Below, piece after piece: positions 31,447 to 41,702 of a DNA stretch of 64,000 nt (position 1 is its first letter; each line of letters begins with the position of its first letter). The notes under the pieces were generated by a model. It was given only the letters and a program-made list of their open reading frames with translations. It was not told the DNA's origin and made no database searches. The stretch is taken from contig CBDBHB010000009.1 of the NCBI GenBank assembly GCA_965205505.1, positions 1,568,001-1,632,000 on the forward strand, written 5' to 3'. Source of the stretch: Acidobacteriota bacterium (GTDB taxonomy: Bacteria; Acidobacteriota; UBA890; WLXD01). The position numbers were made by a program, and so were the translations under genes.

Positions 31447-32702
31447 GACGACGATGCGGCGGGCGTATTCGCGGCAGCTTCTTTCGTCAGCTCCGCTGCT
31501 TTCGGCGCCCATCCGAGCGCCAGTGCTTCGTTACCGTCCAGGGCGAGACGCAAGGCATCGATCTCGATGTGTTCGTTCACCGTGTGCGCCAGCAGTTCGT
31601 CGCCGGGTCCGAAGCCGATGCACGCCACGCCGGCTTGCGAGAAATGGCCGCCGTCGGTGGCGAAGCGCCATGTTCCGACCGAGTCGACGGGACCCAGCAC
31701 TCCCTCGAGTGTCTGGCGGGCGGCCCGCACCGCAGGATGATCCTCGCCGAGGACATATGCCGGGTGCTCACCCCCCAGGACCATCTCGACGCCGGTGTGC
31801 GCCACCTGTTGGTGTTGAGGGATCGTGACGTCGGCCGTGGTGCCCTCGATCAAGCAGTCGGCGACCAGATGTTCGAGCGTGGTGCGCGCCGACTCGGCAG
31901 TTTCATCGGGCAGCAGCCGCCAGTCGCAGGTGAGCCAGATCTCGGCGGGGATCACGTTGCTGCTGATCTGATCTGTACGGATCAACGTTGGTGCCACGGT
32001 GCTGCGGCCGAGATCTGGCTGTACGGCCATGTCCAGCGATCCGAGCCCGACGATGAAAGGGGCCAGCACCTCGAGGGGGTTGGCGCCCTCATGCGGCACG
32101 CTGGCGTGCGCCGAGCGGCCGGTGATATGAACGATGAGCTCGCAACGGCCGCGATGGCCTCGCCGCAGCGTATTACCGCTCGGCTCGCCGATTACTGCCA
32201 ACGGTGGCGTCAAGTAGGTGTTCAGGTGGCGTGCGCCGAGGCCTCCGACTTCCTCCTGTACGACCGCAGTCACCCAGACGTCGCCGGCCGGTGTCGTCCC
32301 CGACTCCGGCAGCCGCCCGACACCGTATACCTGCGCTGCCAGAGGGCCCTTGATGTCGACCGCGCCGCGCCCCCAGATCTTGTCGTCGTGGATCTCGGCG
32401 CCGAAAGGAGAATGCGGCCAGCGCTCTGCCTCTCCGACATCGACGTGATCCAGGTGCGTATTGAACATGACGGCCGGAGCGGCGCTCGATCCGGGCACGC
32501 GCCCAACGACGTTGCCGACGTCATCCAGCTCGACGTCGGCGTAGCCGAGGTCTCGCATTTCAGTTGCCACGAGCTCGGCGATAGCACCCTCCTCGCCAGG
32601 CAGGCTGGGGGTACGAATCAAACGCTGCGTGAAGTCGACACAGCGCTGCAGGTCCGAGCTCATGGCGAATTTCCAGGCGCCGCGTGCTGCGTCGATGCTC
32701 AC
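31443..32702 (-). CDS. M20/M25/M40 metallo-hydrolase (ArgE/DapE-like)
   Basis: HLDHV, GRGAVDIKG, QEE, IGEPS, HAS, TDG, AHTVNE. Confidence 0.88.
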   Translation of the reverse strand: MSIDAARGAWKFAMSSDLQRCVDFTQRLIRTPSLPGEEGAIAELVATEMRDLGYADVELDDVGNVVGRVPGSSAAPAVMFNTHLDHVDVGEAERWPHSPFGAEIHDDKIWGRGAVDIKGPLAAQVYGVGRLPESGTTPAGDVWVTAVVQEEVGGLGARHLNTYLTPPLAVIGEPSGNTLRRGHRGRCELIVHITGRSAHASVPHEGANPLEVLAPFIVGLGSLDMAVQPDLGRSTVAPTLIRTDQISSNVIPAEIWLTCDWRLLPDETAESARTTLEHLVADCLIEGTTADVTIPQHQQVAHTGVEMVLGGEHPAYVLGEDHPAVRAARQTLEGVLGPVDSVGTWRFATDGGHFSQAGVACIGFGPGDELLAHTVNEHIEIDALRLALDGNEALALGWAPKAAELTKEAAANTPAASSS

Positions 32703-33463
32703 CGGTCGCGGCTCAGCCGCTCAATCGATCGCAGGGTATCGGTGCCGACCAGCTCGTCGTTGTCGTTTCGATACCAGGAGCGCACCTTCGGAAGACGCAT
32801 TCCATCGCCCTCGATGATGCGATCCAGGATGATGTACTCGCCGTCGTTGGCGGTTTCGTCGTGGTAGAAGCGGTAACCAACGAGCGCGAACGACCGAGGG
32901 TCGATGTAGAAGTACCAGGTATCGGTACCGACCTCGGGGTCGTAGGTCACGCGCACCTGCCACACGACGCCTCCCTGGAACTCGGTTCGTATGGCCTCCG
33001 GGTCAACGATCGTCCCCCGGTCACGGAGCTTCATCGGCAACCCGTAGAGGAAGGTGTGGTAGTCGCGTTGTCCGCGCATTTGCTCGCAGCTCAAGCGGTA
33101 GCGCTCCGCTTGTTCCGGGCTGAATTCCGACGAGCCGTCGAGCTTGGTCCAACACTCGTCTCCGCTGACCGCGGTCTCGATGAGCAGGCCGTAGCGGTCG
33201 CGGGCCATGGTGAATCGCCCGGCGGCGTTGTCGATGACGATCTCGGTCAGGGTCGGCCCGGCGATCGGACGCGTGCCGGCGATCTGCAGCCGGAACGCGT
33301 TCCAAGACCACAGACCCTGGGGATCGTGATAGTCGATGCTGTGCTGCAGGATGTCCACCGCTGGCGGCATCTGTGCGTTCGCGGTTCCTGCAAGTCCGGC
33401 GACGAGCAGGACAATCGCGGACGATGCGCGGCGGCTCAAGGTCGGTGTTTGCGGGGTGCTCAT
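32699..33463 (-). CDS. Secreted DUF6503-like protein
   Basis: Signal peptide, SIDYHDP, FLYGLPMKLRD, VGTDTWYFY. Confidence 0.7.
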   Translation of the reverse strand: MSTPQTPTLSRRASSAIVLLVAGLAGTANAQMPPAVDILQHSIDYHDPQGLWSWNAFRLQIAGTRPIAGPTLTEIVIDNAAGRFTMARDRYGLLIETAVSGDECWTKLDGSSEFSPEQAERYRLSCEQMRGQRDYHTFLYGLPMKLRDRGTIVDPEAIRTEFQGGVVWQVRVTYDPEVGTDTWYFYIDPRSFALVGYRFYHDETANDGEYIILDRIIEGDGMRLPKVRSWYRNDNDELVGTDTLRSIERLSRDR

Positions 33464-33882
33464 GATGTTGCCCTCGAGCTGTCGGGAGCGACCGTGACGA
33501 GTGACGAACTCCCGTCACCCTATGCTGTTGACGATGGCGCGGCTTCCCGAAAGTTAACAGAGACCAGTAAATACGGTCTGTTTTCGGGGGTCTATACCCA
33601 CGAAAAGCGACATTTCTGGCCACCAACGCAGCCGCAACGTGCCCACCTGGGGAGTAGGCTCCCGCGCATGAAGCTCACTCCGAGCATCCAGATAGCCCAC
33701 CTCGACGGCATCTGGATCGAGACCTCCTTCAGCCCTATTCACGCCTTCCTCTGATCGCAACGCGCCGTGAAGCAAGGCCTGCTCGGCGCAGGGCGGCCCG
33801 CTGCGGCGGCGGTGTGCGTTCTTGTGGCCGGCGTCAACGCGGACTACCTTGGCAGCATCTGCCAATTATCCGTGAGATGACG

Positions 33883-34563
33883 ATGAACGAGCACGACTTC
33901 TTGCGCCGCGCGTTCGAGGAACGCGCCACCGCGATTCTGCGCACCGATGATCAACAGACGGCGGCCCGCGCCATGGAGGCTGTGGTCCGCGGTGGCTTCC
34001 GCATTATCGAATTCACCCTTGGCTGTCCGGGGGCCTATGAGCTCATCGAGGACTTCGCGCGCCGCGATGACTTGCTCGTCGGTGTGGGCACGGTGCTCGA
34101 GCCTGAGCAGGCTCGCCGCGCCGTCGAGGCGGGCGCCTCGTTCGTGGTGTCGCCGGCAACCGACGAAGCAGTGATCCGCACCGCGCTCGAGCTCGGTGCG
34201 GTGGCCATGCCCGGCGCCTATACCGCCACCGAGATGGTTCTGGCGCAACGCGCCGGAGCGCAGCTTCAGAAGCTGTTTCCGGCGCCGGCGAACGGTCCGG
34301 AATACGCGCGCATGTTGCTTGGTCCGCTGCCTGGGCTCCGCCTGGTGCCGACGAGCGGCGTAACACCCGACAATGTAGGGGAGTGGTTCGCTGCCGGGGT
34401 CTTCGGGGTCGGGTGGGTCGCTAGCCTGTTCGACGCAGACGACCTGCGAGCCGGGCGCTTCGATCGCATCGAAGAACGCGCCAGGCAATGCCTCGCGGCA
34501 ACCCGCGCGGCGACGCGGCCGCAACGCGATTGGGGTCTGACGACCGCCGCGGCGATGGTCTGA
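33883..34563 (+). CDS. eda: KDPG/KHG aldolase family
   Basis: IEFTL, GVGTVL, FVVSP, KLFPA, PTSGV. Confidence 0.8.
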   Translation: MNEHDFLRRAFEERATAILRTDDQQTAARAMEAVVRGGFRIIEFTLGCPGAYELIEDFARRDDLLVGVGTVLEPEQARRAVEAGASFVVSPATDEAVIRTALELGAVAMPGAYTATEMVLAQRAGAQLQKLFPAPANGPEYARMLLGPLPGLRLVPTSGVTPDNVGEWFAAGVFGVGWVASLFDADDLRAGRFDRIEERARQCLAATRAATRPQRDWGLTTAAAMV

Positions 34564-35456
34564 TGACGAGCGCTCGATCTATAACGCTCGTCGCCAGCCT
34601 GGTGCTGGCGGCCTGCGGAACGGAATCCGTCGAAGATCTGCCGTACGACGCCGACGCGCATCGCGAAGCTGTGGAGTCGTGGCGACAATGGCGCCACGAT
34701 CAGCTAACGCGTCCCGACGGCTGGTTGTCGCTAGTGGGCCTCTACTGGCTGGAGCCCGGCGACAACTGGCTCGGCTCCGCCGACGACAACAAGCTGGTCT
34801 ACGATAGCTCCGGGGTTCCGCCGCGACTCGGCGTGTTCCGCGTCGCGGGCGACTCGGTGATGTTCATCGCCGCCGAGGGTGTCTCACCCAGCGTCGACGA
34901 TGAGCCGGTGGAGTCGGTGTTGGCTCACGACGGTGGTGAGGGCTCCGGGCCGGTGATCGCCTGGGACACGCTGCGCTGGAACGTGATGGTGCGCCAGGGC
35001 GAGTTTGCGGTGCGGCTAAAGGACGCAAGCAGCGTTGTGCTGACCAGCTTCGAGTCGATCGACAACTTCCAGCTTGCTGCCGAGTGGCATCGATCGGGCC
35101 GTTACGTGGGCTACGAGCCAGCGAAGATCATCAAGGTTCCGAACGTGCTCGGTACCGTTGCCGACGTCGAGTCGCCGGGTGCGGCGGTCTTTGAAATCGA
35201 CGGTAAGACGTACCGGCTCGACCTCCGGAAAGACTCGGACGACTCGGTAAACTTCTTCACCGCTTTCGGCGACCAGAGCAACAACGAGTCGACCTATGGA
35301 GCCGGTCGGTTCCTTTGGATCGATGCGCCCGACGACCAGGGCCGTGTGGTAGTTGACTTCAACCGTTCCTACAACCCGCCCTGTGCGTTCACCGCTTTCG
35401 CCACCTGCCCCCTGCCACCGCAACAGTGCCGCGCCGTGATTCAAGGCGTTTCGTGA
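34563..35456 (+). pseudogene. DUF1684 lipoprotein, C-terminus displaced by integrated element
   Basis: Lipobox LAAC, GWLSLVGL.WL, TYGAGRFL, DFNRSYNPPCAF...CPLPP; native tail found at 46013-46066. Confidence 0.88.
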
Positions 35457-35541
35457 AGACACCAATCTAGGGAATATTCCCTACCCTCAGCCGTTATTGT
35501 GGTGCACGCGAGCTCGACTTGTTACACTATGTTTCGTTCAT

Positions 35542-35561
35542 TTGTGACCTTTGCGTGACCT
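35542..35561 (+). repeat. Integrase arm-type site (left)
   Basis: TTGTGACCTTTGCGTGACCT, 18/20 identical to 45878-45897. Confidence 0.7.
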
Positions 35562-35573
35562 CAAGAGCATGGA

Positions 35574-36836
35574 ATGCCACCGCTGACGGCTCGTCGGGTA
35601 TCGGGCGCCAAGGCCACCAGCAAGGCCTACGCGATCCCCGATGGCACGGTACCCGGCCTTGAGCTTCGGGTTTCGAGGCACGGTGCGAAGACCTTTAGCC
35701 TCCGATACCGGATTGGCGCATATCAGCGCCGACTGACGCTGGGCTCGGCCAGCTTTCTCACCTTGGCCGACGCCCGGGACATGGCGCGAGAGGCACTCCG
35801 GAACCTCAAGAAGCGGGGCATCGATCCGGCAGAGGTGCAACGCGTCGCCCGCAACGCGCTGAGTTTCGCGGGTCTCGCTGAGCTCTACCTCGATCGGCGC
35901 GCCTTAGGCCGTACTGCGGGAGCGCGAGATGCGACGGGTGGCCTTGTCGAAGACGTTTGGGCACTCGCAAGCGCCGAAGGTTCCCCGACCATAAGGGGAT
36001 GGAAAGAGGAGCGGCGCTACCTGGCTAACGAGGCGCTTCCGGCGTGGCGTCATCGGCCGGCCGACTCAATCACGCGCCGCGATGTTCGATCGCTCGTCGA
36101 AGGTGTCGCGGATCGAGGGGCCCCCGTCTCAGCAAACCGTCTGCTTGGCCTGCTGCGCCGCGTCTTCGCTTGGGCCGTTGAGCAGGAGTTACTCCCGGCC
36201 AACCCGGCCGCTGGGATGAAACCGCCGGGCGGCCGAGAGAAGGCTCGCGATCGCGTTCTCAACGACGACGAGATCCGCCAATTTTGGCAGGCGACCGAGG
36301 GCATGGACCTCACGTCGCGCGCGTTCTGGCGACTGCGGCTGATCACCGCCCAGCGCTCCGGCGAGATCGCCACGATGAGTTGGCGCGACATAGACCAGGC
36401 GCGGCGCTGGTGGACGATTCCGGCCGAACGCGCCAAGAACGACTTGGCCCACCGCGTCTCCCTCACCGGGATGGCACTCGATCTGCTGCAGCAACTCCGA
36501 GAGCAAGGCATAGTGAGCGCGACGCTGGTGCTGCCGGAGGTGCGCAACCGTCGCCGTCTTCGCGCATCGGCGAGAGCTTTCGAGGGGATCCCTGACTTTC
36601 GCGGCCACGATCTCCGGCGTACGGCCGCGTCGGGCATGGCGAGCGCGGGGGTTCCCCGCCACCACATCGGGCGCGTTCTCAATCACGCGGAGACGGGAGT
36701 CACAGCGACCTACGACCGTCACATCTACGACCCAGAAAAGCGCCGCGCGCTTGAAGCGTGGGAGGCCGAGCTACGCAAGATTCTTGACGGCCGGCCCTTC
36801 CGGCAGGCTGGCGGGCAGGGGCGCCGGGGCGGATGA
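35574..36836 (+). CDS. int: Tyrosine integrase with N-terminal arm-binding domain (P4-like)
   Basis: GLELRV..G.KTF..RYR, TAQRSGEI, AKN, HDLRRT, LNH, TYD. Confidence 0.93.
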   Translation: MPPLTARRVSGAKATSKAYAIPDGTVPGLELRVSRHGAKTFSLRYRIGAYQRRLTLGSASFLTLADARDMAREALRNLKKRGIDPAEVQRVARNALSFAGLAELYLDRRALGRTAGARDATGGLVEDVWALASAEGSPTIRGWKEERRYLANEALPAWRHRPADSITRRDVRSLVEGVADRGAPVSANRLLGLLRRVFAWAVEQELLPANPAAGMKPPGGREKARDRVLNDDEIRQFWQATEGMDLTSRAFWRLRLITAQRSGEIATMSWRDIDQARRWWTIPAERAKNDLAHRVSLTGMALDLLQQLREQGIVSATLVLPEVRNRRRLRASARAFEGIPDFRGHDLRRTAASGMASAGVPRHHIGRVLNHAETGVTATYDRHIYDPEKRRALEAWEAELRKILDGRPFRQAGGQGRRGG

Positions 36837-37777
36837 GGCAGCGTAGCCGCCGCCTCGAGCCGGAGCGCGCCACCCGCACGCGCGCCGAGGTCGCCTTCGC
36901 GAACGCGGTTATAAAAGTCCTTCCGGCTGAAGCATGCAGGGAGCTAGAACCGATTGCCGAAGAGTTCAACGACAAGACACGTGAAACTCTACGACAGCGG
37001 TTCATACCGCGGCTCGAGCGAGCCGGATTCACGGACCTATTTAACCGAGCTGGCGTCACCAAGCAACGCGATATCGAGGCATGGCTCCGCGATGCCGCGC
37101 CGCCCGAGATTCGGCAGGTGGTCGCCGAGTTCAACCGTGCCGCAGCGGAGCGGCAAAGGCAGTACGAGGACCGGATCGGCGACTGGCTGCGAAAGCGGCA
37201 CCTCTACTGCCCAATCATGGAAACCTGGGTGGGCCATTGGATCAACAGTTTCTTGAGGACGGGCCGCCCCCCGGGCTGGAAGGGGCGCGAGCACAGGTGG
37301 GTTAGCTTTCCGGTAGTTTCACAAGAGTGGGATCAGGTGCTCGCCGGGTTTGATGCCTTGAAACCGTTAGGCGCCCCTCGGGTTGGCGATGCTGAATTAG
37401 ACGATGATGCGTTCTTGGCTCCACTATCCTTGAACCCGCTCGGTGAGTCTCCTGACCAAGCGCTGGAGCGGGCTCGTAAACACTACGCGGCCCGGGCAGC
37501 CGCGGCCGAGTCGCGTGGCTATGTCCCGGTGCTCGCCCGGCACCGGCTGGACGACCACGCGCGCTGGCTCGCGCGGCATCAGGTCCTTGGGGAATCGGTC
37601 GAGGAGATCCTCGCACACGAGCCGAGTGTGTCCGACCGTCGGACGATCGAAAAGGCGCTAGAGAACCTGTGTCGTGATTTGAAACTTCGGAAGCGCCCCG
37701 CGAAGCGCGGCCGTCGGCCGGGCGCCAAGAACTCGGCGAGAAGCCGGAGGGTGAGTCGACGGCGCACGGCGAAATAG
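36833..37777 (+). CDS. Hypothetical protein (basic C-terminus, possible regulator)
   Basis: 314-aa ORF translationally coupled to int (ATGA overlap). Confidence 0.6.
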   Translation: MRQRSRRLEPERATRTRAEVAFANAVIKVLPAEACRELEPIAEEFNDKTRETLRQRFIPRLERAGFTDLFNRAGVTKQRDIEAWLRDAAPPEIRQVVAEFNRAAAERQRQYEDRIGDWLRKRHLYCPIMETWVGHWINSFLRTGRPPGWKGREHRWVSFPVVSQEWDQVLAGFDALKPLGAPRVGDAELDDDAFLAPLSLNPLGESPDQALERARKHYAARAAAAESRGYVPVLARHRLDDHARWLARHQVLGESVEEILAHEPSVSDRRTIEKALENLCRDLKLRKRPAKRGRRPGAKNSARSRRVSRRRTAK

Positions 37778-37804
37778 GGAATTCGTTTCGGCGTTACGAA
37801 TTCC
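37778..37804. promoter_or_regulatory. Inverted repeat (operator/terminator candidate) upstream of alpA
   Basis: GGAATTCGT-N9-ACGAATTCC; a further AATTCGT half-site near 37813. Confidence 0.45.
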
Positions 37805-37842
37805 GCTATATCAATTCGTCCGGGGATGGTCCCCTCCGGTGC

Positions 37843-38085
37843 ATGGATAAGCACCAAGTCACCCGGAAGCCTGATCGGATCATTCCCGAGCCGCAAACGA
37901 GAGAACGTCTCGGCGGCATCTCGCGAACGACGCTCTGGCGCATGACTCGAGCGGGCATTTTCCCGCGCCCTATGCGTATCTCGCCCGGCCGCATCGGCTG
38001 GCGGGAGTCCACCATCGAGGAGTATCTCGAGGCTCGTGAGCGCGAGGCCGCGAGATTTTCCGTTCCCGGCCCGGACGATGGCTGA
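37843..38085 (+). CDS. alpA: AlpA family excisionase/regulator
   Basis: GISRTTLWR....FPRP.RIS...IGWRES.IEE. Confidence 0.88.
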   Translation: MDKHQVTRKPDRIIPEPQTRERLGGISRTTLWRMTRAGIFPRPMRISPGRIGWRESTIEEYLEAREREAARFSVPGPDDG

Positions 38086-38145
38086 CGCAGGAAACCCCGG
38101 CCACCGGGCAACTAACCGGCACGATTCTGATACTGGATCCGCGCT

Positions 38146-39852
38146 ATGAGCACGCAGGACGGTCCGGCGACTGACGGCGACAACGTCCCGGTCCCGGCAG
38201 AGGAGATCCCGTGGGAGCCCCCTGTCCCATCGGCGCGCGACCGGTCGCTAGAGGCGCGGGCCGCGCGCGCTATCGAAGCTGGCGCCGACGAGTTGGAACC
38301 GGCGACCCCGCACCTGGCCACCGTGCAGGCGTGGATCAGCGCACAGAAGCTAGCGCGGGCGGAGGCAAAGGCCGAAGGTGAGAACCCCCGCGGCGACTTG
38401 AACGAGATCCTCGAGGAGTTGGCGAAGCTCGACGTCGCAGACTACGAGCCACTGCGGTCCGAGCTGAAGCGCCTGTCTGGCTGGCGAACCGCGGTGATCG
38501 ACAGCGAGCGCGCGAAGCGGCGCCGGCAGCGCCCCACGGAAGGCCTCGCCGAGGGCCTGGGCGCCTCGGCGGTCGTCGCGGACGTTGAGCCGTGGGCTGA
38601 TCCGGTGGATGGAGCGGACCTGCTGTCTAGCATAGCCCGGTGCTTTGGCCGGTACGTGGTTCTTCCCGAAGGCGCCGCGACAGCCGCGACCCTTTGGGCG
38701 GTGTTTTCGCACGCCACCGCCTCTTTCGATATCTTCCCGCTCCTCGCGATTTCGAGCGCGGAAATGCGATGCGGCAAGTCAACGCTGCTCACAGTCCTGG
38801 GCCGTCTCGTGCCGCGTGCGATCCCGGCCTCGAACGTGAGCGCCGCCGCGCTTTTTCGCTCCGTCGAGCTGTGGAAACCGACGTTGCTGGTCGACGAGGC
38901 GGACAGCTTTCTGACGGACAACGAGGAGCTTCGCGGCGTCTTGAACTCGGGCCACCATCGTGCAAACGCGTACGTCGTGCGCTGCGATGGCGAGGCTAAC
39001 GAGCCGCGCTGCTTTTGCACATGGGCGCCCAAGGTCGTGGCGTTGATCGGCCGCCTGCCGGCCACGCTGGCAGATCGTTCCGTCAGAATCCGCATGCGGC
39101 GGAAGGCGCCTACAGAAGAAGTCGAGCGCGTGCGCCTAGACCGGTTCGATGTCGAAGAGCTGTGTCGCAAGGCGGCGCGCTGGGCCGCCGACAACGCCGC
39201 CGAGCTTCGGGCCGCGGACCCCGAGTTGCCGGAGAGCCTTGACGACCGGGCCTCCGACAACTGGCGGCCGCTGGTCGCGATTGCCGACCGCGCTGGCGGG
39301 AGGTGGCCGGAGCGTGCCCGCAAGGCGGCCGGGTTGCTTGCGGGCAATGGGGACGACGACAGCGCCTCCGTCGGCGTCATGCTCTTGGCCGATCTCAGGG
39401 AGCTGTTCGCGGAGCGCGGGGTCGACCGGCTCCGGTCATCCGAGATCGTTGAAGCGCTCGTCGAGCGGGAGGAACGGCCGTGGCCGGAGTTCCGCCATGG
39501 CAAGCCAATAACGGTTCGGCAGGTCGCATGGCTGCTACAGGCATTCGAAATCCGGCCGCAACAGCTCCGCGTCGGCGCCGGCAAGTTCCGGGGCTACCGG
39601 AAGAGCGACCTCGTGGAGACATGGAAGCGCTACCTCCCAGAAGGCCCCCCTATTTCATCCGGTACACCGGTACAAGGCCCGCCGGACGGGGCTTTTCCTG
39701 TACCGGATCACCCGGACGGATCCGGGACTGTACCGGATCGTGTACCGGATGAGAAGACCCAGAAACGCCTGCCCCGCAAGGGTTGTACCGGTGTACCGGA
39801 TGGATCCCCCCCTCCCCGGCGCGCAATACACTGCCGGGCGCCACGGAGCTAG
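38146..39852 (+). CDS. DUF3631-domain replication protein (satellite primase/helicase-associated)
   Basis: PWADPVDGA.LL, CGKSTLL, LLVDEAD, RASDNWRPL.AIAD..GG.WP, GY. Confidence 0.8.
   Translation: MSTQDGPATDGDNVPVPAEEIPWEPPVPSARDRSLEARAARAIEAGADELEPATPHLATVQAWISAQKLARAEAKAEGENPRGDLNEILEELAKLDVADYEPLRSELKRLSGWRTAVIDSERAKRRRQRPTEGLAEGLGASAVVADVEPWADPVDGADLLSSIARCFGRYVVLPEGAATAATLWAVFSHATASFDIFPLLAISSAEMRCGKSTLLTVLGRLVPRAIPASNVSAAALFRSVELWKPTLLVDEADSFLTDNEELRGVLNSGHHRANAYVVRCDGEANEPRCFCTWAPKVVALIGRLPATLADRSVRIRMRRKAPTEEVERVRLDRFDVEELCRKAARWAADNAAELRAADPELPESLDDRASDNWRPLVAIADRAGGRWPERARKAAGLLAGNGDDDSASVGVMLLADLRELFAERGVDRLRSSEIVEALVEREERPWPEFRHGKPITVRQVAWLLQAFEIRPQQLRVGAGKFRGYRKSDLVETWKRYLPEGPPISSGTPVQGPPDGAFPVPDHPDGSGTVPDRVPDEKTQKRLPRKGCTGVPDGSPPPRRAIHCRAPRS
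39659..39799. repeat. Iteron-like TGTACCGG repeats (putative origin)
   Basis: Two inverted copies (39659, 39667) and five direct copies (39699, 39729, 39741, 39784, 39792). Confidence 0.75.
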
Positions 39853-39898
39853 ACCGCAGCGACGACGACCAGCCACTCGGATGGGTAGAGGTTCTAAC

Positions 39899-40216
39899 GT
39901 GAGCGACCGCGCCATCGGTGTAAGCCTGCTGCGAGAGGCCCGCGACGCCGGCCTGATCGTTGCCCTCGATGGCGACACGGTTCGCCTGCGAGCTTCGGCC
40001 GAGCCACCCCAGGTGCTCGTTCAATCGCTCCGGCGCCACAAGGACGCGCTTGTGCGGGCACTCCGCAGCGAACACTGCGGCATCGGCGCCGCGCGACCGC
40101 CCGAGAGAACCTGCCACTCCTGCGGAGGCGGCCTCCAGCCGGACGACGATGACTTGTCTTTGTGTTCGGCGTGCCGATGGTACGCGGACCGCTTTGCCCC
40201 AAGGCGGATGCAATGA
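39899..40216 (+). CDS. Small satellite protein, TubC_N-like domain plus CxxC..CxxC zinc ribbon
   Basis: LDGDTVRLRA..PP....LRRHKDALV; CHSC...CSAC. Confidence 0.6.
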   Translation: MSDRAIGVSLLREARDAGLIVALDGDTVRLRASAEPPQVLVQSLRRHKDALVRALRSEHCGIGAARPPERTCHSCGGGLQPDDDDLSLCSACRWYADRFAPRRMQ

Positions 40217-40317
40217 AAAGCCGCCTTGCGTCCCGCCAAGGCCGATCTGCCCGTGGTGCGGGGACAACTGCGCCGCGTGTCGCGTCAGCCCCAGAACGCC
40301 CTGCGACAAGCCCGCCC

Positions 40318-40400
40318 GACAGGCCCCCCCGGGGGGCTGTAGGTTCTTCCGGGGCTTTCCGTCAACGGGTGTGTTCGGCGCAGAATAACGTAAGTTTTTT
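40318..40400 (+). other. cos-like packaging site candidate
   Basis: C7/G6 palindrome then AGGTTCTTCCGG (resembles lambda cosQ region GGGTCCTTTCCGG), directly upstream of the TerS-like gene. Confidence 0.45.
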
Positions 40401-40423
40401 GTACGGCTCTAAGGGGTTATGGG

Positions 40424-41590
40424 TTGTCTAAAGGTCAAGCACGCACGGCGTGGGTCGGCCGCAACAGCAAAGGACCCTCGGAGGCGTTCGAAGGGCTCGC
40501 CGATGGTTGCTCGATCCACGGCCTCTCTGACGGGACGTGGTCGCTGATCGACGGGATTGAATACCTGCTCGACCGGTGCGGACCGAGCGATGTCACGGTC
40601 TCGACCTGGACCGCGGCGAACGCGGATATCGAGCGGGCGGAGAGACTCCTGCAGGACGGGCGAATCAAGACGCTCCGGCTACTCGTTGACCGGTCGTTCG
40701 AGGGTAGGCAGCCCCGCTACTGTGGCCGCGCGCGGCACCTATTCGGCGATCAAGCGCTCCGGGTGTGGAACTCGCACGCGAAGTTCGCGCTCGTCCTGGG
40801 TGGGAAGCTCGACGTGCTGTACACCACGTCGGCGAACCTGAACGCCAACAAGCGCCTCGAGAACTTCACGCTATTCGCCGGTGGCGACCTGCCCGGGGAA
40901 TACCTCGCGGCGGTGGAAGAGCTGTGGAAACTCCAAAAGCCGGGCGAAGCCTTCGAGGGTGGGTCGTTCCTTGGGCGTGCTCATACCGAAGAGATTCTCG
41001 GGGTCGAAAAGCTACTCGGGCGTGCGGAACTGTCGGCCGCTTTAGGCCGGAGCGCGAAGGGGATTGCGAAGCTGGTAGACGCTGGGATGCCGGTGGCGAG
41101 GCGCGGTTCGAGTGGCCGGCCGCATGGCTACAGGCTCGAGGATGTCGAGGTGTGGATGGCGTCGCGCGACGAGACGCGCCAGCCGGGCGAGTTTCTCGAC
41201 GCGGTGCGCGAACGGGCGCTCAAGGAGCGGGCGCAGAGGCATCTTGCCGAGCAAACGCTCGAGGTGCGGGCCGGGGAGCTCGTGGCGGAGGACGAAGTGA
41301 TAGCGGAGTGGAGCGGGCATGCGGCCGCGGTGCAGACGAAGCTCGTGGCGATCTCCGCCGCGCTGCCGCGGACCGGGGCCACGGGGAGCACGTGCTTCGT
41401 AGACGAAGGCCAGTGCGTCGCGTTGCCGACCCCGCGGTGTTTGATCCGATGTCACGCCGCCCAGCCGACGGACAGCACCACCGCTTGCTGGAGCACGGCC
41501 TGCGCCGCCCTTTCCTGTTTGTCGGGCGGAGCCATTGAGACCGCACAGGTGATCGCGGAGCTGATCCAGTTGACCCCCGGAGATGCGTGA
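40424..41590 (+). CDS. PLD-like domain fused to lambda Nu1-like terminase small subunit (3' end scrambled)
   Basis: NSHAKF...SANLNAN; ELSAALGRS...GMPV...G....YRLEDV..W; coiled coil RAGELV. Confidence 0.7.
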   Translation: MSKGQARTAWVGRNSKGPSEAFEGLADGCSIHGLSDGTWSLIDGIEYLLDRCGPSDVTVSTWTAANADIERAERLLQDGRIKTLRLLVDRSFEGRQPRYCGRARHLFGDQALRVWNSHAKFALVLGGKLDVLYTTSANLNANKRLENFTLFAGGDLPGEYLAAVEELWKLQKPGEAFEGGSFLGRAHTEEILGVEKLLGRAELSAALGRSAKGIAKLVDAGMPVARRGSSGRPHGYRLEDVEVWMASRDETRQPGEFLDAVRERALKERAQRHLAEQTLEVRAGELVAEDEVIAEWSGHAAAVQTKLVAISAALPRTGATGSTCFVDEGQCVALPTPRCLIRCHAAQPTDSTTACWSTACAALSCLSGGAIETAQVIAELIQLTPGDA

Positions 41591-41702
41591 GGCAAGTGCC
41601 CGCGGTGAAGAGCTGAGGCTATCCAAGGATGAGCTGGCCTTCTACGATGCGCTGGAGACCAATGACAGCGCCGTCCATGTGCTCGGTAACGACACCCTGC
41701 GC
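41531..41702 (+). pseudogene. hsdR: Type I restriction HsdR C-terminal (DUF3387) fragment
   Basis: [14 protein letters not shown] / [33 protein letters not shown], frameshifted. Confidence 0.7.
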
